Shown here: positions 26,845-37,229 of the stretch, piece after piece | Layout: each line of letters starts with the position of its first letter | How positions within the stretch are numbered: the first letter of the stretch is position 1 | IMG/VR virus record: IMGVR_UViG_3300046779_001827 | Span: 1-45,102 of that record | Strand: one strand, 5' to 3' | Length of the DNA: 45,102 bases | Origin: a virus | Lineage: Duplodnaviria > Caudoviricetes | Position numbers and translations under genes: made by a program | The notes under the pieces: generated by a model | What the model was told of the DNA's origin: nothing | The model's input: only the letters and a program-made list of their open reading frames with translations | The model's database searches: none

Positions 26845-28419
26845 ATGTCAGTATATGGTTTAGGAAAAAATACAAACGTAGACAATATATTTAATGATAC
26901 TGTTTCAAAAGAAGGTTCTTTTTTAGATACTGAACAAAGAGAAGCTGCAGCCCAATTTGATTCTTCAATTAATTTAATTAATAATCTTAGTGACGCAAGA
27001 TCAAGCTTAGAAATAGATCATGCTAGAGCTTATGTTTTTAATGCGTACAATACAATACAAGGAATGATGCAGGAGATAGATTCTAATCTTTCTCAAGTTG
27101 TTATTGACCCATATGCAAATTTAGATTTAGAAACAGCTCACAGAGCAGTATGGAAAGACGCTACAAAACATAAAGACAGCGCAAAAGAATTAGCAGAACC
27201 CTCATTTATATGTTATGAACAATATCAATTTGCCGAGAAACACAAATGCAGGGCATGCAGGTCTTTTATTAAAGAATATGAACTAACTGTTAGTCATAGC
27301 AGTTTTGGTCATTTGATAGAAGTAAAGAAGAGTTTGTCTTATCTTTTAAACGAGGCTACTCTTTTAAGAAATATTGTTATCAATTATTTAGGGGATGATT
27401 ATGTCGATGAAACAGAGCTACAAATTGCAAAGTACATCACAGACTGGGCGAACTCAGCAACGCACTATACGCAACAATTTGCCAAAGAAATCACAGCAAA
27501 ACCAATCGCGATTCCGCAGTCCGAATTGGATCAAATCTCCAAAAAACAAGCAGCTCAATTTCAAGCATTTTTTTCGATCAAAATAAACTCTTTACAGATA
27601 GAGCTACAAACTCTTCTTAGTTTAATAAAAAGAGATAGCGTTGATCTTGGGGAAACATTTTATTCAAACTATTTGTTACCAGCTCTTAACTTTAAATCTA
27701 AAGTTGTTGACCCACTAATGCTAGAAGTGTCGACTACTGACTTAAAAACAAAAGCTCCAAAACTAATGCAAGAGATGTACGTTGCAAACAGTGCAATAAC
27801 AGGAAACTTAGGTTCTGTAACTGCTGACTTTTTAGAAAGAAATAATCAAGTCTATAAAAGGTTTGATGCATTCCTACAAGCAATAAGACTAAAAAGAAAA
27901 TATGTCAATTATTTGAGCCAGCTAGAAACTATGGGTGTTAATAGAAACCTTGTTTTAATAACTGATGAAATAGAAGACTTAGAAAAGTATAAGCAAACAT
28001 TTAAGACTATATATGTTGATAATTCAAAGAGAGAATCGCTGAGATCATCTCATGGAGAATTGGACGATATAGACGAAGACGCACACCCACAGTATCTTAG
28101 AAAAGATGGCGGAACAATAACAGGTGATTTGTTTTTTGCTGAAGGAGTAAAAATAGCAGGAATAGACTTGTCAAATCATAGCCATAGCGGAGAAGACGGC
28201 AGTGCTCCAATACCAGCTAATGCCATAGACTACACAGCAGCAAGAGCTTTTTATGCACAAGACGATACTGATAGACCATATGGTCAGTTGACTTTGGTTT
28301 CTCTTGAAGAAACTGGTTTAGTTGGCGGAGTTAGGCAATTTGAAGCAGTCGTAGAAATAGAGATAGAAGACGACAAACAAGACACCTATGAATTTGAAAT
28401 TTTGTATAAAGAGTTATAA
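26845..28419 (+). CDS. Putative virion structural protein, 524 aa
   Basis: C-terminal DAHPQYLRKDGGTITG and HSHSG motifs typical of tail/fibre proteins. Confidence 0.7.
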   Translation: MSVYGLGKNTNVDNIFNDTVSKEGSFLDTEQREAAAQFDSSINLINNLSDARSSLEIDHARAYVFNAYNTIQGMMQEIDSNLSQVVIDPYANLDLETAHRAVWKDATKHKDSAKELAEPSFICYEQYQFAEKHKCRACRSFIKEYELTVSHSSFGHLIEVKKSLSYLLNEATLLRNIVINYLGDDYVDETELQIAKYITDWANSATHYTQQFAKEITAKPIAIPQSELDQISKKQAAQFQAFFSIKINSLQIELQTLLSLIKRDSVDLGETFYSNYLLPALNFKSKVVDPLMLEVSTTDLKTKAPKLMQEMYVANSAITGNLGSVTADFLERNNQVYKRFDAFLQAIRLKRKYVNYLSQLETMGVNRNLVLITDEIEDLEKYKQTFKTIYVDNSKRESLRSSHGELDDIDEDAHPQYLRKDGGTITGDLFFAEGVKIAGIDLSNHSHSGEDGSAPIPANAIDYTAARAFYAQDDTDRPYGQLTLVSLEETGLVGGVRQFEAVVEIEIEDDKQDTYEFEILYKEL

Positions 28420-28421
28420 TA

Positions 28422-29381
28422 ATGAGCTGGTTTACTTACACTGACGCATCTTCTGGTACATTTTACGCACCAGTAAGAAGGGAAATATTTTTTCCAAATA
28501 TAGATGAAAACCTTAAAGTTGGAGATTGGATATTTGTATCTTTAGCAGATATTAATATTGGAAAAGTTTTTTCAGTTGATGGAAGCACAATAGACGAATC
28601 TTTTGATAGCGATTCGTATTTAGTTGTTTATGAAGAAGCAGGAAGTAACACTGCAACTTACAGCTTAATTGATTCTAATCTAAATCTATATTTCAAATCA
28701 GTAACAGCCGTTTCTAGTGGGGCAAAACCAGTAGGAAAATATTATGTCTACTATCACGCAGACAACATTCAGTATATAGAATTATCTGGATCAAACTACC
28801 TAAAGACGACTCCGCCAGGCGGGTCAAACTTTATTGGAAGCTTAACCAGCACTGGTGCGAATGGGGTTAATTATTATTCTAATGAAGTTTTAGGAAACTC
28901 ATCAAATACAAGAATAGCCGCAATAGGTTATATCTCTTCTACTGGATCTTGGAGCGAGTTAACTAGTACTAATCCAGGAGATAAAGTAGTGGGAACTTTT
29001 AACGGTCCTGTACTAAAAATATACGGAGACAAAAATACAGAATCAGGAACCGTAAAGATTAAGATAATTAAAACCTCTTCTTCAGGAGTTGGACAAAAAG
29101 TCATGAAAGAAGAAGAAGTCGATCTTTACAGTGCATTAGCTCTTTCTGATACGGTCATATATTCTGTAGACACAGAAACATATACAGAACTAGAAGATTA
29201 TGAAGATATTTATGGTTCTTTTTCTTTTGAAATAGAAGTTTTAGATAAAAAAAATCTTTCCTCTACAAACAAAAAATGTAAAATAAGTAAGTACGCATTT
29301 TCTAAGAATTATAATCTTTCTATAAGAAAAGAAGAAATAAAAGAAGACATATCATTTGTCTCAACAGGAGTAGTAAGATAA
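28422..29381 (+). CDS. Putative tail-associated beta-rich protein, 319 aa
   Basis: ORF; Ser/Thr/Tyr-rich; structural gene context. Confidence 0.65.
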   Translation: MSWFTYTDASSGTFYAPVRREIFFPNIDENLKVGDWIFVSLADINIGKVFSVDGSTIDESFDSDSYLVVYEEAGSNTATYSLIDSNLNLYFKSVTAVSSGAKPVGKYYVYYHADNIQYIELSGSNYLKTTPPGGSNFIGSLTSTGANGVNYYSNEVLGNSSNTRIAAIGYISSTGSWSELTSTNPGDKVVGTFNGPVLKIYGDKNTESGTVKIKIIKTSSSGVGQKVMKEEEVDLYSALALSDTVIYSVDTETYTELEDYEDIYGSFSFEIEVLDKKNLSSTNKKCKISKYAFSKNYNLSIRKEEIKEDISFVSTGVVR

Positions 29382-31465
29382 TGGCAACAATAAGAAAAAC
29401 AGTCAGTGGCTTAAAGCCAGATTCAAATTATCTTTTTGCGGTAAAGCCAAAGAATACAGAAATATCTGCATCAGATTCAATTCCTGATTCAATAAGAATA
29501 AAGACCCCTTCTTCGACTTCTATCCCCAGTACAATTACTTCTTTTAATATTTATTGCAACTTTGAATCTGTGATGTTTGTTTTTCAACCAGTTACAGATC
29601 AAGACTTTTCTGAATATGAATATGAAATCTATGATGGGTCAACAACTTCTTCTAATTTAGTTTCTACAGGAAGAAAAAGATCAACAGTATTTGTTGTTTC
29701 GGTTGAAAATAGCAGCAGAACTGTAGATCCATCAACAAACGCAGAAACTGTTACAAATAAAAAATACTATGGAAGAGTCAGGGCGATAAATACTTCTGGA
29801 AACGCAGGAGCTTGGACAGCTTTGGTTACTCACAGCGGAAATATTCCTTTGATCGCTGACCAATATATTGGGTCATTGACAGCTGCAAAAATAACTTCTG
29901 GCTTAATAACAGCACAAGAAATAATACTACAACAACCTTCTGGAACAACAACTTCCTACACTCCCCCATCTGCTACTTCTGTTTTAAGATCTTCAAACTA
30001 TGTCTCTGGGCCTTCGGGAACTGGTGCAGGGTGGTTAATTAGAGGTGATGGTTACGCAGAGTTTGATGCCACTAACATTAGAGGGTCATTAACTGCATCA
30101 TCAATAGCTCTTAATACCTACAACTATTGGAGGTCTGAAACTTCTCCTGGAACTGGTTATGAATTTGAAGTTGGAAATGGAAATGACAAATTACTTAAGT
30201 GGAATACAACAACTGGAGTTTTGACAATAAAAGGGCAAATATCTGGAGGAAGTGTTGGTGGCCTTTCTGTAGACACTGGCAAGATATATTTAGGAGGAAC
30301 AGGAGACTACGACAATGTAAACACTGCCTTTTATGTAGATAGCGCAGGAAAATTTTCTCTTAAAAGAAAATTAACTTGGGATGGAAACACACTAACTATT
30401 GATGGAACAGTAACTATAGGAGGATCTACAGCATCAACAGTTGTAGCTAATGCTAACGGTGCTATTCAGTCTGGGGGAGCTGCCACAGACATCAATAATA
30501 ATACAACAACTATTAGCGGAGGAAAAATAACCGCAAATACTATAAACGTAGATAGGTTAATTGCCGGAACTTTAACTGGTTATAGAATACAAAATGCAGC
30601 CTCAAATCAAACATTTTTAGTTACCTCAGATGGAAACGTTGCAATGAATAATATTCTTGCAACTGGCAGCTTAGGCGGTAGCGATACTGGACTTCAAATT
30701 AGGGCCGATGGATACACTCTTGGATCCGGAGATAATGCTGTCACTGCTACTTCTGGATCAATATTTATATATCATGGTTCGCAATCTACTCATCAAATTA
30801 GATTGGGAGAGTCTACTCAATACTTTTATATTAACCAATTAAAAAATCAAACAGAAGGTCCAGTTAATGTTACGAGACTACAGAGTTCTACCAACGCAAT
30901 TCAAATTGACGCTACATACACTGGAATAGGAGGAAGACCCTCTAATGCCAGAACACTATTTGTTCATGGAGATATTCTTTTGGGCGATGAACCCAATAAT
31001 GATTATTTAAGTGCGGCAATTTCTGCAAATTCAGTTGCGGGACAACCAATTCACTATAAAACAATATCAGGAGGAACAGGCCTCTTAGGGTTTACCTCGT
31101 TAAGATCCGGTAAGAATGATATTAAAAATATAGATGATCCAATCTCAATAATTAAAAAACTACAACCACGTCAATACACGGTTAAACCAGACGAACCAGA
31201 CAATGAATTAGAAGCTACACTAAAATCGCTTGACATTAATTATGGTTTTGTTGCTGAAGAAATAGAGGAATCAGTACCCCACCTTGCCGTATATAAAGCT
31301 ACTAAGAAGTTTCAAGATTCGTGGCCAAATGTAGATATTAGTGACATTATGGATTTTGAGCTTGTATATTATAAAGAGACAGCAATTTTATCTTTGTGCG
31401 TTGCAACGATTCAAAATCTTTTGTCTCGTATTGAAAATCTAGAATCACACAGTGCAAGCCAATAA
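29381..31465 (+). CDS. Tail fibre/host-specificity protein with Fn3-like N-terminus and C-terminal S74-like chaperone domain
   Basis: VSGLKPDSNY, YYGRVRAINTSGNAGAW, LTAAKITSG; C-terminal SLRSGKNDIKNI...YGFVAEEIEESVP. Confidence 0.75.
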   Translation: MATIRKTVSGLKPDSNYLFAVKPKNTEISASDSIPDSIRIKTPSSTSIPSTITSFNIYCNFESVMFVFQPVTDQDFSEYEYEIYDGSTTSSNLVSTGRKRSTVFVVSVENSSRTVDPSTNAETVTNKKYYGRVRAINTSGNAGAWTALVTHSGNIPLIADQYIGSLTAAKITSGLITAQEIILQQPSGTTTSYTPPSATSVLRSSNYVSGPSGTGAGWLIRGDGYAEFDATNIRGSLTASSIALNTYNYWRSETSPGTGYEFEVGNGNDKLLKWNTTTGVLTIKGQISGGSVGGLSVDTGKIYLGGTGDYDNVNTAFYVDSAGKFSLKRKLTWDGNTLTIDGTVTIGGSTASTVVANANGAIQSGGAATDINNNTTTISGGKITANTINVDRLIAGTLTGYRIQNAASNQTFLVTSDGNVAMNNILATGSLGGSDTGLQIRADGYTLGSGDNAVTATSGSIFIYHGSQSTHQIRLGESTQYFYINQLKNQTEGPVNVTRLQSSTNAIQIDATYTGIGGRPSNARTLFVHGDILLGDEPNNDYLSAAISANSVAGQPIHYKTISGGTGLLGFTSLRSGKNDIKNIDDPISIIKKLQPRQYTVKPDEPDNELEATLKSLDINYGFVAEEIEESVPHLAVYKATKKFQDSWPNVDISDIMDFELVYYKETAILSLCVATIQNLLSRIENLESHSASQ

Positions 31466-31510
31466 GATAGCTGGTATAATCTATCAGTAATTTCTATACT
31501 AGGAGAAATA

Positions 31511-31693
31511 ATGCAAGAATCTAATTTGGATGTGAATCTAATTATTCAATCATTTCAAGAAAAAGTTAACCAGCTTATGACAGAGCTAGTTGTTAAAGAA
31601 GCAACAATTAAACAACTAGTGTCTCAAATTCAGCAGGCGTCAGAACAAAAAGAAGATTTTTCAGTTCCAGAAACAACAAAGAAAGAAAAGTAA
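31511..31693 (+). CDS. Small coiled-coil protein, 60 aa
   Basis: AGGAG RBS; TGGTATAAT extended -10 upstream. Confidence 0.7.
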   Translation: MQESNLDVNLIIQSFQEKVNQLMTELVVKEATIKQLVSQIQQASEQKEDFSVPETTKKEK

Positions 31694-31694
31694 A

Positions 31695-31883
31695 ATGTCA
31701 GAAGAAACAACCACGGAAACCTCAGTAGAAGCTCCAAAAGAGTTCACAATTAGCATCAGTATCAGCGAAGCAAACCTCGCCTATAAGAGTGACTTCTCTG
31801 AGCCAGAAACAATTTTTTGGCTTGAGGCAGTAAAGAATATTATTCTTAATAAAGCATTTGAAGCAACTGGCCTTAAAAGCTGA
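31695..31883 (+). CDS. Small hypothetical protein, 62 aa
   Basis: ORF tightly packed after the previous gene. Confidence 0.7.
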   Translation: MSEETTTETSVEAPKEFTISISISEANLAYKSDFSEPETIFWLEAVKNIILNKAFEATGLKS

Positions 31884-31943
31884 ATATATTAAATAAAAAA
31901 CTGTACTATACAGAAATAAACTAAACTCTGGAGTACAACCCTC

Positions 31944-33590
31944 ATGCCCATACGTCAGTATTTACCTTTTCAGCAGTCTTCTAATCAAGAGTTTGAATTT
32001 ACTGCTGCCCAATTAGACGCCACGCAAATCAGTGGCTTAGCTAAAACAATGAAAGTTGCTGCCCTAGCACTTGGCTATCAAGGCACTAACTATTTCTATA
32101 CTGGCAGAAGCAACTTTGAGCCATCTCCTTACGACTTTGATCGCATTATTCAAGCGGTTGATACAGACTCTTATGTTAAGCAAGCTGTAGCAAAGTATAA
32201 GGACCTCTTTTGGAAAGAAGGATGGCAAATAGTAGGAGAGAATCCAGAGGCAGTCGAATACTTGTATCAAAGAATCGACTATATGGAAATGGCAATGAAG
32301 AGGCCTTTCCTTGAATTTTTAATAGATTTATCTGATCAATTATTTAAGTTTGCAAACGTATTTATTGTCAAAGCAAGAGGAGATCTTTCTGAGTATTTCC
32401 CATCACAAATTGAGCCAGTAAATGCAACACAGCCAGTTGTTGGATACTATCTAATTCCAACAGAACAAACTAGAATTTTAAGAGATAAATATAATAAGCC
32501 AAAATCTTATCAGCAACAGACAGATCCTTTGACTTATGCGCCAACAGATAGGGATCCAGTTTGGTCGGCAGAAAGAGTTATCCATCTCTTCTTTGATAGA
32601 AAACCTGGAAGAGCTTTTGGTACTCCATTTATGTCAAACGTATTAGATGACGTTGTTGCCTTAAGGCAGATGGAAGAGGATATACAGAACTTAGTTCATA
32701 GAGAATTATTCCCTCTTTACAAGTACAGAATTGGAACAGCGGATCAGCCAGCAGAGCCAGAAGAGATAGACCAAGCAGCATCTGAGATAGAAAACCTTAG
32801 AGCAGAAGGTGGTCTAATACTTCCATTTAGGCATGATGTTGACGTCATTGGCGCAAATAATGCAGCACTAGATGCAAGTGCATATCTTGATCACTTTAAG
32901 GAAAGAGTGGCAATCGGACTAGGAGTTGCTCCACATCATCTAGGTATGACGCTAAATGGTGGCAATAGAGCAATGACAGAAAGACTGGACACCGCTCTGT
33001 ACGACAAGATTAAGCAGTTCCAAAAGCAATTTGCAGAAATGATAAGGCTTCATATATTTAATGAGCTTTTGTTTGAAGGCGGTTTTGATCCAATCACTAA
33101 TCCAATTGGGCAAGAGACATCAGACAGATGCTACTTTAAGTTTAATGAAATAGATGTTGATACTCAAGTTAAAAAAGAAACACATATTATACAAAAATAT
33201 GTTAACAATCTTATTGGTTTGACCGAAGCAAGAATTGCACTTGGAGTAGATCCAGAAGCTGAAGAAGATGATTTGTTCCAAGCAAAACAAGGTAAAGTTC
33301 AAATGGACATGGCAAAAGCTCAGGCAAAAATCACTCAAGATGTTCAACAAAAAAATCAAAAAGATGTAGTAGCAGATGGCGATAAGCAACAGCCAGCTCA
33401 AAAGGGGCAAAGAAATCTTCCTTCAAATAGAAGGGGTCCAGGAAATGCTGTTAGGCCACAAAATCAACAAGGAAGAAATACTTCTCCCAACATAAAGAGA
33501 TCAGATAATTCATGGTTGGGTCTTGTTGAAAATTTGCTAGAAGACGAGTATAATATATATCCAGTAGACATTGAGACAAAAAACAGTTAA
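31944..33590 (+). CDS. Portal protein
   Basis: Size and position upstream of the protease and capsid; VIHLFFDRKPGRAFGTP, LGVAPHHLG, LIGLTEARIALG. Confidence 0.8.
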   Translation: MPIRQYLPFQQSSNQEFEFTAAQLDATQISGLAKTMKVAALALGYQGTNYFYTGRSNFEPSPYDFDRIIQAVDTDSYVKQAVAKYKDLFWKEGWQIVGENPEAVEYLYQRIDYMEMAMKRPFLEFLIDLSDQLFKFANVFIVKARGDLSEYFPSQIEPVNATQPVVGYYLIPTEQTRILRDKYNKPKSYQQQTDPLTYAPTDRDPVWSAERVIHLFFDRKPGRAFGTPFMSNVLDDVVALRQMEEDIQNLVHRELFPLYKYRIGTADQPAEPEEIDQAASEIENLRAEGGLILPFRHDVDVIGANNAALDASAYLDHFKERVAIGLGVAPHHLGMTLNGGNRAMTERLDTALYDKIKQFQKQFAEMIRLHIFNELLFEGGFDPITNPIGQETSDRCYFKFNEIDVDTQVKKETHIIQKYVNNLIGLTEARIALGVDPEAEEDDLFQAKQGKVQMDMAKAQAKITQDVQQKNQKDVVADGDKQQPAQKGQRNLPSNRRGPGNAVRPQNQQGRNTSPNIKRSDNSWLGLVENLLEDEYNIYPVDIETKNS

Positions 33591-33599
33591 AGGAACATA

Positions 33600-33920
33600 A
33601 TGAGTTTTATGATCGAATCAGAGATATCTAAGCAATATCTCAGAGAAGAAGACGCAGTAGAGGGTTTTAGAGAAGCAGTAGAAAATGGTCAAGTAAGATT
33701 AGCTCTGCAAATTCTCGTAGATATAGTGGAAGCTTTTGCCGACATCTTTGACGCACTTACTGAAGACGAAGATGGCGATGAGCAAGTAATCGAAGAAAAA
33801 AAAGAAGAAGTCAAAGAAGTAGAAGCTAAAAAAACTGAGCAAGAAGTTGTTGCAGACAAAGCAGAAGCACCTGCAAAAAAGACTGTTAAGCAAGAAAAGC
33901 CTGATACGCAGGAAGTATAA
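33600..33920 (+). CDS. Acidic hypothetical protein, 106 aa
   Basis: AAGGA RBS; coupled to the next gene. Confidence 0.7.
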   Translation: MSFMIESEISKQYLREEDAVEGFREAVENGQVRLALQILVDIVEAFADIFDALTEDEDGDEQVIEEKKEEVKEVEAKKTEQEVVADKAEAPAKKTVKQEKPDTQEV

Positions 33921-34699
33921 TGAAAGTTTTAATTGGTTGTCCAATTTATAAGAGAAGCTGGATATTCCCCTTATGGGCGTCAGCAATCGAAAGACAATCT
34001 ATTCCTCTATCTGACATTGGTTTTATTTTTGAAACCTCTCCAGATGATGAGCAAACAATAGCTTTCTTAAAGCATTTTGCAAATACGCACCCAGATATTG
34101 CGCATTATGAAATAACCATCAGAGAAGACATTCCTCATTTTGAGCACTCTGCAAACTCAAGACAATGGACGATGTCAAAATACCATAACATGGTTAATCT
34201 TAGAAATTCTCTTTTAGAAAAAGCAAGAGAAATAAGTCCTGATTATTATTTTAGTTTAGATTCTGATATAATAATTAAACATCCATCAACAATAGAACTT
34301 CTTACATCGCACATCAATGATGGAGCAGATGCAGTAAGTCCGCTAATGTTTATGACTCCATTTGACACTAAGTTTCCAAGCGTAATGTCATGGAAAGATG
34401 ATGAACCAAATAAAGCTTATAGACAAGAGTCTTATCCTATTGGAAGTTATTTTAAAGCAGACATAATCATGGCTGCAAAGATGATGTCCAAAAAGACATA
34501 TGAGAATGTTAATTATGAATTTCATTCTCAAGGAGAAGATTTGGGCTGGTGCCTTGATGCAAAAAGAAAAGGAATGAACCTTTACAGCGCATCTTATATT
34601 TATGCACCACACTTGATGCACGAAGAGCTTCTTCAAAAGTTCTTAAAAGAAGGGGATCAAAGAGAGTCTATTCTTTTTGAAAACTATATAAAAACGTGA
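33920..34699 (+). CDS. GT-A fold glycosyltransferase
   Basis: KVLIGCP, LRN, YYFSLDSDII (DxD), GEDLGWC, terminal H. Confidence 0.8.
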   Translation: MKVLIGCPIYKRSWIFPLWASAIERQSIPLSDIGFIFETSPDDEQTIAFLKHFANTHPDIAHYEITIREDIPHFEHSANSRQWTMSKYHNMVNLRNSLLEKAREISPDYYFSLDSDIIIKHPSTIELLTSHINDGADAVSPLMFMTPFDTKFPSVMSWKDDEPNKAYRQESYPIGSYFKADIIMAAKMMSKKTYENVNYEFHSQGEDLGWCLDAKRKGMNLYSASYIYAPHLMHEELLQKFLKEGDQRESILFENYIKT

Positions 34700-34774
34700 T
34701 ATCTTTGTATAAAATTGTTTAATGTTATAAAACTAAATTACTATATATTTTGATCTAATAAAAATGGAGTAAAC

Positions 34775-36395
34775 ATGGCTTTTGACTTTGTTGAAAACTT
34801 TACAGTAAAACTACCTGATTTTTCTCAATCAGACTTTTCTTTTGAAGAGGCAAATAATCTTAATCAGGGGCTAATTATAGAAGTCGCCGCAATTCATGAG
34901 GGCTTGACACGGAAACTATAATAACTATTCAGCCACTGAATTAGAAAAGGCTCTCCAATCTTGGGTTGAGCCATATCCAAAGCCAATTATTCTAAATCAT
35001 GATTTAAACTCTGAGCCTATTGGCAGAGTTATGGCTGCAAAAATGGACAAAGAACAGGATGGATCATCCTATGTTAGATTGCAGATAGCAATCACAGATC
35101 CAGTAGCTGTTCAAAAAGTTTTAGACAAAAGGTATTTGACCGGCTCAGTAGGCGGAAGAGCAAATAAAGCAATTTGTTCGATCAGCGGTGCAGACCTTGC
35201 AAAAGAAACTGAAGCAGGAAGGCCACCTCTTTCAAAATACAGAAGAGGTCAAGTTTATAAAGGCAAACTAGCATATGTTGATATGCAGGATATTTCTTTT
35301 AAAGAATATTCTTTTGTTAATCAGCCAGCAGACTCAAAGTCAAGCGTTAGATCTGTAAAAGGTCCAGATGCTGGCAATGTTGCAACAACCGATGGCGAGT
35401 GGGTTGCAAAGAGTTCTGCTTTTGTTCTTCACATGAATGAAGAAGATATAGTATCAATTGAGGAAAATGAATCAGTTCTTACTTCTCTTAAAAAGAAGGA
35501 ATCAAAGCCCCTTTATCTCCATCTTAAGGGCTCTTTCTTGACAGCACTTTCAATCCACGAAAGTGAAGATTATAATAATAACAATAACTCATTACTATCT
35601 GATGGAGATGAAAAAATCAGTACTGATTCTCAGGAGATTAAAACAATGGACAATGTTGAAACACAAGAGGACATCCTTGCTGTAGCAGAAGAGCTTAGCA
35701 ACGATTTGTCCTCAATTGCCTCAGAATCTGGCGAAGAGCAAGAGCAACCAAAGGCTGAAGAGCAGACCGCTGATCCAGAAGGTTCAGAAGAAGCACCAGC
35801 TGACGAAGATGCCGCAGAAAAGCCAGAGGCTGAAGAGAAGGTCTCAGAAGACAATTCAGACAAGGCGGATGTACAAGCCGAAGAAGCTGTTGATTCCGAA
35901 AAAGCTGAAAAGTCAGAAGAGAAGTCTGAGGAAACTCAGGCTGTTTCCGAAGAGGAGAAAAAGGAAGACTCACTCAACGACAATAAAGAAGAAGTCGCTG
36001 AGACCGATGAAACTGCTTTGCTACAAAGAGTAAAGCTCCTTGAGGAAGAAAATGCGAAACTTAAGAAGGCTCTACACAGAACTCTAGTAGAAAGAGTTGT
36101 TGACGCAAAAATTTCTGCAGGAGTAGAGAGCGCTGATGCTAGAGAAAGTTCAATTGAGGATCACTCAAATAGAACAGCATCTTCATTGGCTGATTCTTTA
36201 AGAGATTTGGCAAAGATGCCAGCAGTTAAGTCTGCTAAGTCTGCAATGCCAGAAATGAATTCTGAGACAGAAGTTGTTGAGGGTGAGAGCAATGTTCTTA
36301 CCGTTGATGGCGAAGTTAAAGAACAAAAAGAAGAAAAAGCCCCAAGCATCGAACAAGTTTTTGTAGATGCTCTTATGGGTCGCCGTAAACTTTAA
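34775..36395 (+). CDS. Prohead maturation protease/scaffold fusion, interrupted by a +1 frameshift at CGGA 34910-34913
   Basis: GGAG RBS with ATG at 34775; frame 0 stops at 34921; +1 frame gives GNYNNY..PYPKPIILNHD..PIGRV into the 35031 ORF (TGSVG, EYSFVNQPAD, acidic scaffold). Confidence 0.85.
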
Positions 36396-36424
36396 ACCAA
36401 TACTTTGCTTAAGGAGAAAAACAA

Positions 36425-37201
36425 ATGAGCTTAGCAAAATTTCGTAAGGTAGGGACTAAAACTGGTTCTGGTCGTCTTGTGGTTTCTGAGGGTATCGCCC
36501 CAGCCGCATACCTCCTTCCAGCTGCAGGTCTTCCAACCTGGTATCTAGATAGCGAAGACGATCGCTTTGAGATCGTCATTCCTAAGGGAACAATTCTTTC
36601 TGTAGTGGCTAATGCAACTACAGGTGACGCAGAAGTAGTTCCAGCTAATGGCACTTCATCAGCAGTCACCTGGGGTGACAGCATGCCCTCCAGCTGGGAT
36701 CCACTTGATGGTGCAACCCCAAGCTACAGCTCGGGTGCCACTGACACAGTTCAGGTTCCTGCAAGATCAGTTCCAATTGGCGTCGCACAGTATGATCTGT
36801 ACCGCCCATTCGACAAGGGCACCTCACAAGGTGCAGGATTTATCACACATGGCTACATTGAGTATCCAATGGTATCAACCATTAATGACACTCTTGCTGT
36901 AGGTGATATCGTTCGTTCCGATCACATGGGACGTCCAGTAAAGGCAGCTGCCTCTGACTTCTTGTCAAGCAGTAATGTATATTCTTACCTCCAGGTTGGT
37001 AAGGTTATAGAGGTAGAAAAGTTTGCAACCAACTTTGATGATGGTCTTCTTTCCTACATGCAGCTTCCTTCAGATCCAGGTGCACTAAAGACAGTATTCG
37101 AGCTCACTAGAGCTGGAAGCTACTCTGGTAAGCTTGGTATCCGTAGCAACCTGGATGTCCACAACGTAATTGGCGCGTTCCGCGTTAATCTCACAATATA
37201 A
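36425..37201 (+). CDS. Capsid decoration/minor capsid protein
   Basis: Between scaffold and major capsid; strong AAGGAG RBS; highly-expressed-type codon use. Confidence 0.65.
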   Translation: MSLAKFRKVGTKTGSGRLVVSEGIAPAAYLLPAAGLPTWYLDSEDDRFEIVIPKGTILSVVANATTGDAEVVPANGTSSAVTWGDSMPSSWDPLDGATPSYSSGATDTVQVPARSVPIGVAQYDLYRPFDKGTSQGAGFITHGYIEYPMVSTINDTLAVGDIVRSDHMGRPVKAAASDFLSSSNVYSYLQVGKVIEVEKFATNFDDGLLSYMQLPSDPGALKTVFELTRAGSYSGKLGIRSNLDVHNVIGAFRVNLTI

Positions 37202-37229
37202 TCAATAACACAGGAGGAATAATCCTAAG

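Noticed and set aside
15818-36395. Frameshifted genes as decaying pseudogenes
   Set aside because: Catalytic motifs are intact, each gene has a single lesion at an identical tetranucleotide, and neighbouring genes show no decay.
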